A stretch of DNA of 64,000 bases from a virus (Duplodnaviria > Caudoviricetes): the IMG/VR virus record IMGVR_UViG_3300030117_001894, positions 1,915 to 65,914 of that record. The stretch is one strand, 5' to 3'. The notes beneath the pieces were generated by a model, which worked only from the letters and a program-made list of their open reading frames with translations, made no database searches and had not been told where the DNA came from. Numbering within the stretch: position 1 is the first letter of the stretch; the number at the start of each line of letters is the position of its first letter. The position numbers were made by a program, and so were the translations under genes. Shown here piece after piece: positions 27,968-37,673 of the stretch.

Positions 27968-28864
27968 TTATACTCCTTCAATATGTCTAGCATATTCTTC
28001 TAACGGCACACCTAATCTTTTAGCTATTGCTACTTGGCTAGGTGTTAGCTTAATTTTGCGTGATGATTTTTTACCACTAGCACCTCGGCTAGAGGCGGCA
28101 ACCTGTTGCACGGGGGCAGATTGCTCATTAGAAAACTTGTGTGGAAAATTTTCAGCCATACGTTTATCAACTTCAGCATAATAATCATCAGAAGTTGGAT
28201 CAACTCCTTCTTCTACTAATTCTTTATGTATTCCAAATGCTGCAAACGTCATTGCTTGGTCATCTCCAAACCATTCATTCTTTTCAGCCCATGCTTTAGC
28301 TTTAGGATCTGGTCCTGCAGCTTGTTCTGGCTGTAAAGAAGGTTGATAAGGCTCAACGGGAACTTCTTCTGGTTTTGCCTTTTCCCTAACTTGTTGTTGA
28401 GCTTGTAGTCTTCTAAGATTTTCTGCTTCAGCGGTAGCACGAGAAAGAACTGTAGTTGCTTCAACCACTGCTTCACTATCTCCTGCTTCTTGTGCATCTT
28501 TTAAAAGTCTCTTTGCTCCTTCAATTTCAGATTGTACTCTATTATCGTACTCTTTGAAAAGCGAAGTGTCAGAATTTTTTAATTTTTCTTTTAAATCAGT
28601 TGCTGTCTGATTTACGCTTTGTGCATAATTAACAGCTTCATCTCGCTGTCTTTCAGCTTCTCGCATCTTATAAGTAAGCTTATCGATACGCTTTTGAACT
28701 GAATCAGATATTTGATCTAATTCATCTTTTGTTTCAACAGGAGCTTCTTTTTCTTCTTCAATTACTTTTTCATCTTTAATTGAATCATCTACGTCTGCTT
28801 CCCGTACATCAACTTCCCCTTCAGGAAGTTCTAATTCTATTTTTTCGGCTTCGTTATTTTGCAT
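27968..28864 (-). CDS. Capsid scaffolding protein
   Basis: Acidic coiled coil; VQKRIDKLT, WAEKNEWFG and IAKRLGVPLEEYA. Confidence 0.75.
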   Translation of the reverse strand: MQNNEAEKIELELPEGEVDVREADVDDSIKDEKVIEEEKEAPVETKDELDQISDSVQKRIDKLTYKMREAERQRDEAVNYAQSVNQTATDLKEKLKNSDTSLFKEYDNRVQSEIEGAKRLLKDAQEAGDSEAVVEATTVLSRATAEAENLRRLQAQQQVREKAKPEEVPVEPYQPSLQPEQAAGPDPKAKAWAEKNEWFGDDQAMTFAAFGIHKELVEEGVDPTSDDYYAEVDKRMAENFPHKFSNEQSAPVQQVAASSRGASGKKSSRKIKLTPSQVAIAKRLGVPLEEYARHIEGV

Positions 28865-28881
28865 GAGTCCTCCTCAAGTTG

Positions 28882-29340
28882 TTATGATAAAATTGCTTCT
28901 GGGTCATCGATACAAGCTAAGATTTCGTCATCATTTAAAAGACGCATATCGCCACCTTCTATTTGAAAACGAGCCCCCGCATATCTACCGAAAATAACCC
29001 AATCACCTTCCTTACACCAAGGTCCTTCTGGAAACTTATGTAGATCACTATAAGCATCTGGTCCCATAGAAACTACGTAACCAACAACAGTTGCTAACCT
29101 TTCCTTATCAACGGTTGATTTAGCTAAATGAATTCCACCCTTTGTTACTGATGACTGGGTGAAAGGTAATATTAAAATTCGATACCCCGTTGGACGTGGT
29201 AACGAACTTGCATGAGAGTCTAAAGTTTCAGGAGTAAGTACAGGCTCAGAAGCTAATTCTGCTTTAGCCGCTCCATTACTACCAAAATTATCTACTCTAT
29301 CTGGAACAGGTGTTTTTTCGACATTATCAGTCATTTGCAT
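28882..29340 (-). CDS. groES: GroES/Cpn10-like co-chaperonin
   Basis: PTGYRILI, TKGGIHL, VVSMGPD, KEGDWVIFGRYAG and LLNDDEILA. Confidence 0.9.
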   Translation of the reverse strand: MQMTDNVEKTPVPDRVDNFGSNGAAKAELASEPVLTPETLDSHASSLPRPTGYRILILPFTQSSVTKGGIHLAKSTVDKERLATVVGYVVSMGPDAYSDLHKFPEGPWCKEGDWVIFGRYAGARFQIEGGDMRLLNDDEILACIDDPEAILS

Positions 29341-29524
29341 CCTCCATATTAGAATGTAAGGTTTGAATTTCCTGTTCAGCGAAACTCAAACCTGCTATTT
29401 CACCGACTATCCTTTGGTATTGCTCAAAATCTTCAATACTTCCAGAAGCCAACGTTTGCGTGAGAGCTTCTTTTCTCTCACGATATTTACGGAGCAAATG
29501 CTCCGTTGCTAAGATATAGTCCAT
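29327..29524 (-). CDS. Hypothetical protein
   Basis: Coupled ORF between portal and GroES. Confidence 0.6.
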   Translation of the reverse strand: MDYILATEHLLRKYRERKEALTQTLASGSIEDFEQYQRIVGEIAGLSFAEQEIQTLHSNMEDAND

Positions 29525-29527
29525 TAA

Positions 29528-29731
29528 TTACTTAATAGAACGATACCAAAGAAGTCCTTTTGTCTGTCCATAAGCCGCTTTTACTTTAGCTTCTTCAGGC
29601 TTGTCTAAGCATTCACCTGCTTGAACAGACTGTGTTTTTGTTGTATCCTCTACGCTAGGAAAACTAGGAGACGCCTTTGTTTTCTTAGGTGATGGTGAAG
29701 GATATTTATCGTTATCGTAATAATCTCGCAT
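29528..29731 (-). CDS. Hypothetical protein
   Basis: TAATG-coupled to the portal gene. Confidence 0.55.
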   Translation of the reverse strand: MRDYYDNDKYPSPSPKKTKASPSFPSVEDTTKTQSVQAGECLDKPEEAKVKAAYGQTKGLLWYRSIK

Positions 29732-32160
29732 TATTTTTCTCCGTTTTGTTTTCGAGTTTCTCGAACTGTTTTAACTAATTCCGTATAGTTCTTTTCTGCA
29801 TCAACTTTAGCTTTTTGCTCTAGTTCTTGCAACTCTATTGCGGCTTTAGTATCTTGTACGCGTAAATCAGCTTCGATCTTCTCACGTTTAACTTGTGCGT
29901 CTAATTCAGCTTTCATTGCAGCTAATTGTGCATCTCTTTGATCGTCACCTTCTTTTTGCATCAACTGTTCTCTTTCAAGTTGTAGTTGTTGTTCAAACAT
30001 TTGTCTTTGTGGATCTGGTGTTTGCATTGCTGCTGCCATCGCTTGTGCTTGACCTGTTACTTGTTGTGTTGCCGCTTGTGCCATAAGAGCTATCTCGTTC
30101 ATTAATTCAGGCGGCATTTGTCCGTCTTGTATTTCAGGTAACGGTCTACCCATCGCTTGTTCTATTTGTAACCTATATAACATTGCCTGATGTTCTTGTA
30201 TATTCGCACCGATAGCTTGTAATGCCACAGGATTTTGTTGCACCATAGGATTTTGCATAAACGCACTATGTGCTGCTATATATGCTTCATGATTTTGAAA
30301 CTCGTAAGCTTTTATCGGATTACCTGTTAATACGGCTTGTTGTTCACTAATAGGATCACGTGGTGGTATTTCTTGTTCAGGTGGAAGCAATGCGTCAATA
30401 TCTTTGATGTTTAACGCTAAATACATTTTCTTATAAGACTCACGTAAGTCATGTAATTCAGGTGCGGCTTGTGCCATTTGTAATTGTGTTTGAGCTAACG
30501 TAATTCTTTGCGTCATACTAAAAATATTAGGGTCAGAAACAGGTATAACGTCTACAGAACCATCGAAATCTTGTTTAAATACGTTTTCGGAAGCACCTTG
30601 TACTTGATATGGGTATTCAGGCGGTAAAAACTCACCAAACACTCTTTTTAGTATTTTAAACTCACATCTTTGTGCATAATGCAATCTTTTATGAATTGCG
30701 GACATAACTCGTTGCCCTTTTTCCATTAATGCTACGGTTGTGCCTACAGGAGCTTCAGAATTACCGTCGCCTGTCGGATCTTCTACGGTTGCTGCGAATC
30801 TTTTACCTGAATCAACTAAAGCACCTAGTAAGGTAGTTAATGTACCGCTTGGTTCTTTATACGGTAGTGGTAAAAACGAATCTTGTAGTCTTCCTCCAGG
30901 AGCATCAACATCACGCCACTCTCCAGGTTGTAACGGATCATCATGACGCTGAATATTTAATCCTCTTGATTTAAATCCTGCGGGTAAATTAGAAAGCGTA
31001 CCTGCATCAATCAACTGTCGTAAAATTGAAGTCACTGATTTAGTTAATCCACCCATCATATGGATTAAACCAAAACCATAAAAACCTAATCCTGGAAGAA
31101 ACTTATAATGGGTAAAATATTCAATCTTTTTACGCATCGGATCGTTTTGATCGTAATTAGGTCTAATCGCTAGTACTTTATTATTATCTTTACAAATAGT
31201 AACGATGTAAGGTAACGCTAATCCAGTTTCTTCACCGTTAGCGTCTACATCTTCGAAGCCTTCAAGGTCTAAATTGACATGCATTTCTAATAAAGTAAAT
31301 TCTTCGTCGCTTATTGTTCTTGTTAAGCCTTGAAGTTCGTCAATTTTATCATCTACTTCGGTTAAATCAGGATTACTGGTCGGAGACATCATATCGGTGT
31401 CTTTATAGAACCCAGAAAGCTGTAATTTACGTAATTCGTTCTCATTCATATGAATTACGTGGGTAATTCTTGGTGCAGTAAGTAAATCTACTGCGTAATA
31501 CGGAACAACAAGGTGTTCTGACTTAACAAAACGTGCAACTGCACGTCCTAATGCAGGATCGTAGTAAACTTTTTTGAAAGCGGAGCCAGAAAGCGGCAAA
31601 TAAAACAATAATTGATCCATTTCTGGGTCATATTCTTCCATTTTGTACGTAATTTGGTAATTCATGAAGTTTTTTACACGATTTGCCTTTTCCATCTTAG
31701 CATTATCGGTAATTCCTAAAACTTCTGTATCTACAGGTCCTCCTGCGGGTAACATTTCTTTGTATGCTTGTGCTTGGAACTGTGTTACTGCTTCAGCAAG
31801 GATCGGATGGTGTACTCCTGAAGCTCCAACGAAAGGTTGTGACCTAGAATCAGAACTAATTCCTAATAATTCTAAACCTTCGCTGTATGTTTGAAACCAA
31901 TCTTCTCTAGATTCTAAATCTTCTTCGTAAGATGAAACTAATTCTGCAGCAATAGTGTTTAATTCACGGTCGTCTAAAATTTCTGCTAAGTTTTCGCCAA
32001 ACTTAGATGGTGTTTCTTCTTCCATATCGCTGCCACGTACAATAGAACCGTCAGGCTGAACAAAAAGTTCAGTTTCTTCGTCGGGTTGCTGTACTATTTC
32101 TAGTTCGACAGGGTCTTCAGAACCAGAACGCATAGGAATTGCTTGTTTTTCAATAGCCAT
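29731..32160 (-). CDS. Portal protein
   Basis: 809 aa; HPILAEAVTQFQA, GSAFKKVYYD and GFYGFGL; directly downstream of TerL. Confidence 0.9.
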   Translation of the reverse strand: MAIEKQAIPMRSGSEDPVELEIVQQPDEETELFVQPDGSIVRGSDMEEETPSKFGENLAEILDDRELNTIAAELVSSYEEDLESREDWFQTYSEGLELLGISSDSRSQPFVGASGVHHPILAEAVTQFQAQAYKEMLPAGGPVDTEVLGITDNAKMEKANRVKNFMNYQITYKMEEYDPEMDQLLFYLPLSGSAFKKVYYDPALGRAVARFVKSEHLVVPYYAVDLLTAPRITHVIHMNENELRKLQLSGFYKDTDMMSPTSNPDLTEVDDKIDELQGLTRTISDEEFTLLEMHVNLDLEGFEDVDANGEETGLALPYIVTICKDNNKVLAIRPNYDQNDPMRKKIEYFTHYKFLPGLGFYGFGLIHMMGGLTKSVTSILRQLIDAGTLSNLPAGFKSRGLNIQRHDDPLQPGEWRDVDAPGGRLQDSFLPLPYKEPSGTLTTLLGALVDSGKRFAATVEDPTGDGNSEAPVGTTVALMEKGQRVMSAIHKRLHYAQRCEFKILKRVFGEFLPPEYPYQVQGASENVFKQDFDGSVDVIPVSDPNIFSMTQRITLAQTQLQMAQAAPELHDLRESYKKMYLALNIKDIDALLPPEQEIPPRDPISEQQAVLTGNPIKAYEFQNHEAYIAAHSAFMQNPMVQQNPVALQAIGANIQEHQAMLYRLQIEQAMGRPLPEIQDGQMPPELMNEIALMAQAATQQVTGQAQAMAAAMQTPDPQRQMFEQQLQLEREQLMQKEGDDQRDAQLAAMKAELDAQVKREKIEADLRVQDTKAAIELQELEQKAKVDAEKNYTELVKTVRETRKQNGEK

Positions 32161-32186
32161 GGTAATACATCATAGTATGATTTTCC

Positions 32187-33713
32187 TCAATAATAAACCA
32201 TTTCTCTACGAAAGGGTTCTTCTTCCTCAAAATAATCACTCGAAAGTGTTAAAAATCCACCTTCCCTGAACCTAGCTAACGCTAAAGTCGTTGCATCAAC
32301 TAAATCATCATGTTCTCCGTTAGGGAAATCAGAAACTTCATCCATAAGTTCTTCCCCCCAACGGTTATCAGGAACCCAAACCCGTCCATCTTGAAAAATA
32401 GGAGAGACAGAATTTAATCTAGCTATTTTATCTTGCCCTTTTCCAGGAGAAAAAGTGTTTACAGGTATTCCGATTCTACGTAATTCTTGTACTAAAGGTA
32501 AACCACTGGCTTTTGCTTCGATAATTACAGTCTCAGGTTGCCAATATTCGTACAAACGTAACGCTTCAGCTTTAAGTTCAGGAAAATCGTAACGTTCTTT
32601 AATACAATCGATTAAAATTAAATGAGCTTCTCCCCCTTTATATAATTCTTCACCTATTTTTCCTTCAGGATAGAAAACACCCCATGTAGTTATAGCGGTA
32701 TAGTCTGCTCTTTCTGATTTTAAAAACGCTGTATCAAAACTTTGAATTAAATAATCACATTTAGGAGGCTTTTCTTCTTCCCAAATCTTAAACCACTCTT
32801 TAGGTATAATCGAAATACCTTCACCCGTGGGTCGTTGCATGTATTGAGCCGCCCATTTTCCTGGACTAACGGAAGCTTTAATACTTTCAAGTTCTTCTAA
32901 TTTCCAAAAATTACCCCATAAAGGTTTACCGCTTGGTAATATTGCAGGAAACTCTATCACTTCCCATTGATCAGCTCCAGGATCTTGTGCCATCTTTTTA
33001 ATTAATCGACCTGTTAAATCTTTTTTATTCCAACGGGTCATTACAATAACGATTGCACCTCCAGGTTGTAGCCTTTGTCGTGGACCTGCCATAAACCATT
33101 CGTAAGCTTCTTCCATGGCTTTATCGGACATAGCGTCTTGCTCTGAATGTGGATCATCAATAATAAACAAATCCGCACCTCTACCTGCTAGTGCACCACC
33201 AATACCTGCCGCGTAATATTCACCGCCTTTATTCGTTAACCATTTACCTGCAGAACGACTATCCGCTTTTAGTTCTGTTTCAGGAAATAATGCTCCATAC
33301 TCTTCTCCGTCAATTAAATCCCTAACTTTACGTCCGAAGTTAATTGCAAGGTCAGCGGTGTGGGTTGCTTCTATTATTTTTAATTTAGGATTTTTACCTA
33401 ATAAATAAGCAGGGAATAAATGCGAGGCAAACTCAGATTTTGTATGACGAGGGGGCATATTAATAATTAAACGTTTAAGTTTACCTGTAGCAATATCATC
33501 AAAAGCTTTCGCCATTTTTACGTGATGATCACCGTTAATAAACTCAGCCCAAATAGATTTAACAAAAGCCATAAAGGTACTTGTGGATTTTTCTTGGAAT
33601 TCACGTTTTTCTAATTCTTCTAAAAGAATCGTAAATTCTTTAGCTTCTGCTTTAGATAAATGGGAAACATCTATTTCCCGTAAAGCTGCTAACTTATTTG
33701 CATTAGATGTCAT
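32187..33713 (-). CDS. terL: Terminase large subunit
   Basis: Walker A PPRHTKS, Walker B IIDDP, VMTRW and nuclease HDDLVDA. Confidence 0.95.
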   Translation of the reverse strand: MTSNANKLAALREIDVSHLSKAEAKEFTILLEELEKREFQEKSTSTFMAFVKSIWAEFINGDHHVKMAKAFDDIATGKLKRLIINMPPRHTKSEFASHLFPAYLLGKNPKLKIIEATHTADLAINFGRKVRDLIDGEEYGALFPETELKADSRSAGKWLTNKGGEYYAAGIGGALAGRGADLFIIDDPHSEQDAMSDKAMEEAYEWFMAGPRQRLQPGGAIVIVMTRWNKKDLTGRLIKKMAQDPGADQWEVIEFPAILPSGKPLWGNFWKLEELESIKASVSPGKWAAQYMQRPTGEGISIIPKEWFKIWEEEKPPKCDYLIQSFDTAFLKSERADYTAITTWGVFYPEGKIGEELYKGGEAHLILIDCIKERYDFPELKAEALRLYEYWQPETVIIEAKASGLPLVQELRRIGIPVNTFSPGKGQDKIARLNSVSPIFQDGRVWVPDNRWGEELMDEVSDFPNGEHDDLVDATTLALARFREGGFLTLSSDYFEEEEPFRREMVYY

Positions 33714-35062
33714 TTAGTAGGGTTATAGCTAGGATTTAAATAAGCTCGTATAAAATCATCAAGTTGATCAGCGGGTATTTCTTCTACAACGTTTAAAAAT
33801 TTAGGGTCTAAAGCTAAAACCGTTTCTCCTTCACCTTTAAACTTTCTAGGTGGAAACAATATCGAATCGTAATCTTTTTTCATTAGTTGATTAGCTATAT
33901 CTTCAGAAAATTGTGCGGGTGTTTTATTTACGCTTCCTGCTCCACCATGCAATATGGTGTCTAATTGATATTGCATTCGTCTAAGCGGCACATTTTCGCC
34001 CACGTCTCTACTTGGTCTAGCTATATAATTTAACATATCCTCTAATGAAACTCTAACATCTGACGGCATATTTTCTATATCTAAAGTTCTATTAAAATTA
34101 GGATTAATTCTATACGCAGAACCTTTTGCGGAAAATGATTTAAGTCTAGGATCAGCAGGATTTACAACAGAGTAAATACCACCTGTAGAAGGATAACGTT
34201 GTCCTGTTTTAAGATAGTTTAATTCTTTAGGTAATTTTAAAGTTCCAATACCTTTTTCAATACCTGTTGTAGGGCTACCGTGAAAAATATCTATTTTACT
34301 TAATTTTGCCGCTGTTTGTTCTCCTGGATCTTTCTTTGTCGTGGTAAAAAGAGTTCCTTGCTGCGGTTCTTTAGGTTTTCGTCCAGGTTTTTTAGGTCCT
34401 TTATACGTATTTATTTCATAATCCAGTTTTGAAAGGGCTTTTCTTTTTGCAGCTGCCTCTCTTTGCACTGTTGAATCAACTTTATAAGCGTCACTGTTTT
34501 CGAGAATATTAATTTCTCTTGTAAGTGTATCTCTTTTATCTAGTCTTCTTGTTAAATAAGGATCAATTTTCATTCCTTGAGAACGAGCCTCATTTAGTTG
34601 CTTAATCTTTTTTGCTGTTATAGCTTTAATAGCCGCTTTTGTAGGCTCTTTAACTGCAGGTCCTCCTGGCATAACGTCTAATATACTTAAAGCTACCCCC
34701 AAATCATCTCCACGCTCTTTTGCTAACTCATAAGAAAATCCTGGAAGAAACTCACCAATGCCTCCTTGTTGTTTTGGATCAATTACACCTAAAAGTTTTC
34801 TTGCAGTGTTGTATGCGTCTTTACGATAATTACCCGCAGCGTCCCCTTGTGCTATAGAAGGAGCTTTCCAGGAACTTCCAAAATTAAAAGGTAAGTAATC
34901 GCTCACTTCTCCTAATTTTAATAACAAACTAGCTAGTCCTTCAACTCTTTTTTCTGCAGGTGAAGGTTCGTAGGGCAATATACTTGGTCCTGTTGAGAGA
35001 TTTTGTTCCAACAATACAGGAGGATGCGTATGGGATTCAAATACCGTTGGTCCTTGTGCCAT
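33710..35062 (-). CDS. Protein with C-terminal ADP-ribosyltransferase-like domain
   Basis: IFHGS...GIYS...DYDSI...GETVLALDP pattern. Confidence 0.5.
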   Translation of the reverse strand: MAQGPTVFESHTHPPVLLEQNLSTGPSILPYEPSPAEKRVEGLASLLLKLGEVSDYLPFNFGSSWKAPSIAQGDAAGNYRKDAYNTARKLLGVIDPKQQGGIGEFLPGFSYELAKERGDDLGVALSILDVMPGGPAVKEPTKAAIKAITAKKIKQLNEARSQGMKIDPYLTRRLDKRDTLTREINILENSDAYKVDSTVQREAAAKRKALSKLDYEINTYKGPKKPGRKPKEPQQGTLFTTTKKDPGEQTAAKLSKIDIFHGSPTTGIEKGIGTLKLPKELNYLKTGQRYPSTGGIYSVVNPADPRLKSFSAKGSAYRINPNFNRTLDIENMPSDVRVSLEDMLNYIARPSRDVGENVPLRRMQYQLDTILHGGAGSVNKTPAQFSEDIANQLMKKDYDSILFPPRKFKGEGETVLALDPKFLNVVEEIPADQLDDFIRAYLNPSYNPTK

Positions 35063-35149
35063 TTTATTTACTTAATAATTTGTTAATCAAAGTATAAGCC
35101 AACTAACGACAAAATGTAAAATGTTATATTTTAGGGATAAGTAAAGTGG

Positions 35150-35467
35150 TTAGGGTGAAAGGTGGAATCCTTGGTTCGCGGCAGCTTTTTTCTTAGCCCG
35201 TCGTTCCCTAGCCCTGAAATTTAAACTATCTTTCGTACTCCGTATTTCATCTTCCATATCCGCCCAAAATGCATCCCTGAACAACTGTTCGTGGTCCGCG
35301 GATAGTTTGGTATGAATAATTAAATCTTTATCTCTAGGAATCCAATCCGACCAAAACTGTTTACGTTGATCAGCCCATTGCCATTTAATCTCGCCTAGAT
35401 CAGGTCGGCTATGTATGCGATACTCGAAGATTAGCGGTTCTTTGAATTTTGGTATTGTTTTTGGCAT
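35150..35467 (-). CDS. Hypothetical protein
   Basis: ORF. Confidence 0.55.
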   Translation of the reverse strand: MPKTIPKFKEPLIFEYRIHSRPDLGEIKWQWADQRKQFWSDWIPRDKDLIIHTKLSADHEQLFRDAFWADMEDEIRSTKDSLNFRARERRAKKKAAANQGFHLSP

Positions 35468-35546
35468 TTTTCTTCCCGAATATTTTTTCCCAGTTATCTT
35501 GGTATTGATTACCTTTTTCTGGTCTACGTTTACTCCCCTTGCTCAT
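35409..35546 (-). CDS. Small protein MSKGSKRRP...NWEKIFGKK, 45 aa
   Basis: Recurrent small marine-phage motif KGS..RP...W..IF; not in the ORF track. Confidence 0.5.
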   Translation of the reverse strand: MSKGSKRRPEKGNQYQDNWEKIFGKKNAKNNTKIQRTANLRVSHT

Positions 35547-35895
35547 CGTATTCCCTATAATACTCTACAATCGCTAAAATGTTCTTTGTGTAGCGTGTGA
35601 TCTCTGCCATATTCATCGAAAGGTTTTCGTATTGTTGTGTAGTTAACGCATAGTATGCAACCGCAGGAGCTTTACCTTCTTTAACGAGTTGTAGGTATTC
35701 TTCCATGATCTCTGGAGTTAACACTTCAAATGTTACCTCGGTTGCTTGGATTTCCATGGGTAACGGTGGGTGATACATAGGAGCGGGTAATGCGATCGTA
35801 TTAACATCTACAGGTTTAACTGTAGGTAATAACGAACAACCACTGACCGCGAACAACGCACCGAGGCTAATTATTAGTAATTTCTTCTTCTTCAT
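35530..35895 (-). CDS. Outer-membrane spanin (Rz1-like lipoprotein)
   Basis: Lipobox VSGC, Pro-rich; overlaps the 3' end of the i-spanin. Confidence 0.7.
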   Translation of the reverse strand: MKKKKLLIISLGALFAVSGCSLLPTVKPVDVNTIALPAPMYHPPLPMEIQATEVTFEVLTPEIMEEYLQLVKEGKAPAVAYYALTTQQYENLSMNMAEITRYTKNILAIVEYYREYDEQGE

Positions 35896-36259
35896 CTTTT
35901 ACTGTTGTTAAATCTACAAGGTTATCTATTACTCGTTTAGTACCACGGTTAACCATTCCTTCTACAAGTTTAGGTTTGTTTAGTGCAAGGTTATCAAGAT
36001 CGTGCTTAGCAAATGTGTTTCTTAATTTGTTTACTTCACGAAGTGCGTTTTGTTTTTCGGCTTCTAACGTACCAAGACTCGCGGTTAACTGTTCTTGTTT
36101 TGCTAGGTATTGTTTGATGGATTCGTTTTGCTCGGATATTTTTGTTTCCAGGATTATCTGATTACCTTTGAGCGTGGATATTTGGTTTAATAAGAACCAC
36201 GAACCCGCCAACGATGCCGCCAATAGACCTCCGAGAACTAAGCTAAGTTTAAAACCCAT
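35867..36259 (-). CDS. Inner-membrane spanin (Rz-like)
   Basis: N-terminal TM plus periplasmic coiled coil. Confidence 0.7.
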   Translation of the reverse strand: MGFKLSLVLGGLLAASLAGSWFLLNQISTLKGNQIILETKISEQNESIKQYLAKQEQLTASLGTLEAEKQNALREVNKLRNTFAKHDLDNLALNKPKLVEGMVNRGTKRVIDNLVDLTTVKDEEEEITNN

Positions 36260-36774
36260 TACGCATCTTTTGTTACTACGTTTTGAAACAGATCAAATAA
36301 GTCTCTAGGATATGTTCCTCTATGTTGGTTTTCATATTGTAAAATAGAAGGCATTATTTCTTGTGCAAACGGAGATAATGTTTCAGAACTAATAATATCG
36401 TTAAATTCTGGTTTTTTAACATTTTCTATAAAAAGAGAAATAAAATCTTTATATTCTTTATTAATGAGTTCTGGATTAAAATCTGTTTCTACATCAGGGT
36501 CGTAACCTTCTGAAAAGAAACTATAGGGACTTTTTTGATAATCTTTTTCAAATATATAACTCGGAGTAAATCTTTGTTTGTCTTGTTGTCTAAGTTGTTC
36601 CATAAACAAAGGTTTTTGATCATCATCTAATTCGGATAATATCTCGTTTATTCGATCAATACGAGGAGAGTTTTTTACTTCATCTTGTATTATTAAAGGA
36701 CCCGCAAATGGACCTTCAGGTTTTTGAATATTAAATTTTCTAGCATCGGTTACTATGTCAAAGATTCCTGCCAT
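36259..36774 (-). CDS. Hypothetical protein
   Basis: First ORF of the late block. Confidence 0.55.
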   Translation of the reverse strand: MAGIFDIVTDARKFNIQKPEGPFAGPLIIQDEVKNSPRIDRINEILSELDDDQKPLFMEQLRQQDKQRFTPSYIFEKDYQKSPYSFFSEGYDPDVETDFNPELINKEYKDFISLFIENVKKPEFNDIISSETLSPFAQEIMPSILQYENQHRGTYPRDLFDLFQNVVTKDA

Positions 36775-36865
36775 CCCAAAAGTATATTCGAAAAAATTTT
36801 TTTCGCAAAATTTTTTTCATAGGGACTTATTTGAAAACTACTTGCAATCGAGAGGCTGAACCTAA

Positions 36866-36880
36866 GGGCGGGCGGGTGGG
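36866..36880 (+). other. Canonical G-quadruplex motif GGGCGGGCGGGTGGG
   Basis: Four G3 tracts with 1-nt loops in AT-rich non-coding DNA. Confidence 0.75.
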
Positions 36881-37040
36881 ACCCGCGGCTAGTTTTTAAA
36901 GGGGGGTATAGGGGTTTATGTGGCGCGTTCTAAGGGCAGGTAAGATAGGTCTTATAGTTATGGGTTAGGGTTAAGACTAACCTATATGTATAGGGTATGT
37001 GTGTGCGTTGTAGGGCTATGAGTTAAGGTTAGCTGTGTAT

Positions 37041-37108
37041 TATAAGCTAGGCTTATAATGTAGGGGTAAATGGCGAGCTGTAAATATAAGCTAGGCTTAT
37101 AATGTAGG
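37041..37108. repeat. 24-bp direct repeat TATAAGCTAGGCTTATAATGTAGG x2 (37041-37064, 37085-37108), each with an internal palindrome
   Basis: Exact copies seen. Confidence 0.9.
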
Positions 37109-37111
37109 CAT

Positions 37112-37137
37112 AAAAAAGGGTTACGAATGTAACCCTT
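37112..37137 (-). terminator. Rho-independent terminator
   Basis: AAGGGTTAC/GTAACCCTT stem plus U tract on the minus strand. Confidence 0.8.
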
Positions 37138-37155
37138 AGGTAAGGTAGCTAGAGG

Positions 37156-37563
37156 TTAGCTAACTAAGGCGTTCTTGCCGTTAGATTTATTCCATGCGTC
37201 ATCACCCTTCATCTTAGAAATGTAGGTACGCATTATCTTACTAGGTGTCTGCTCATAGTGAGTACCATCAGCTCTTAACCATGCAAGCCTACCTTCAGCG
37301 GTTACGCTAAAGTCATCTATTTGTTTGACTGTAGCAGTACCACCTAGAAGATGTAGATAAGCTATGACAAGCTGTACTTGTCTAGGTGCTATACCTCTAT
37401 CACTCAAGGCGTTATCAGTTAGCGATAACACCATTGATTGAGCAATACCGCCACCACCTTTACCAATAGGCGCAATGTCAGCAATTTCAGCTTTACGCTT
37501 AGCTATGTTAGCTTTAGCGTCAGCTATTTCTTTTTGTTGTTTATTCATAATGAATATCCTCAT
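37156..37563 (-). CDS. Putative winged-helix DNA-binding protein (paralog family)
   Basis: PRQ...TVKQI...EQTPSKIMRTY; own promoter and terminator. Confidence 0.55.
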   Translation of the reverse strand: MRIFIMNKQQKEIADAKANIAKRKAEIADIAPIGKGGGGIAQSMVLSLTDNALSDRGIAPRQVQLVIAYLHLLGGTATVKQIDDFSVTAEGRLAWLRADGTHYEQTPSKIMRTYISKMKGDDAWNKSNGKNALVS

Positions 37564-37617
37564 CTCATACTAGGTTAGTTAGTTAGATAGGTTAGAGAAT
37601 TGCCTATCTATCTATTA

Positions 37618-37645
37618 ATATACGCTCATTAGGATTAATTGCAAT
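37618..37645 (-). promoter_or_regulatory. Sigma70-like promoter (TTGCAA...TATATT)
   Basis: Upstream of the 37563 ORF. Confidence 0.5.
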
Positions 37646-37673
37646 ACCTATATATAAATAAACTATATTAATT

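Noticed and set aside
36962-36973. Telomere-like GGGTTAGGGTTA
   Set aside because: Only two units in a G/T-skewed region; compatible with chance
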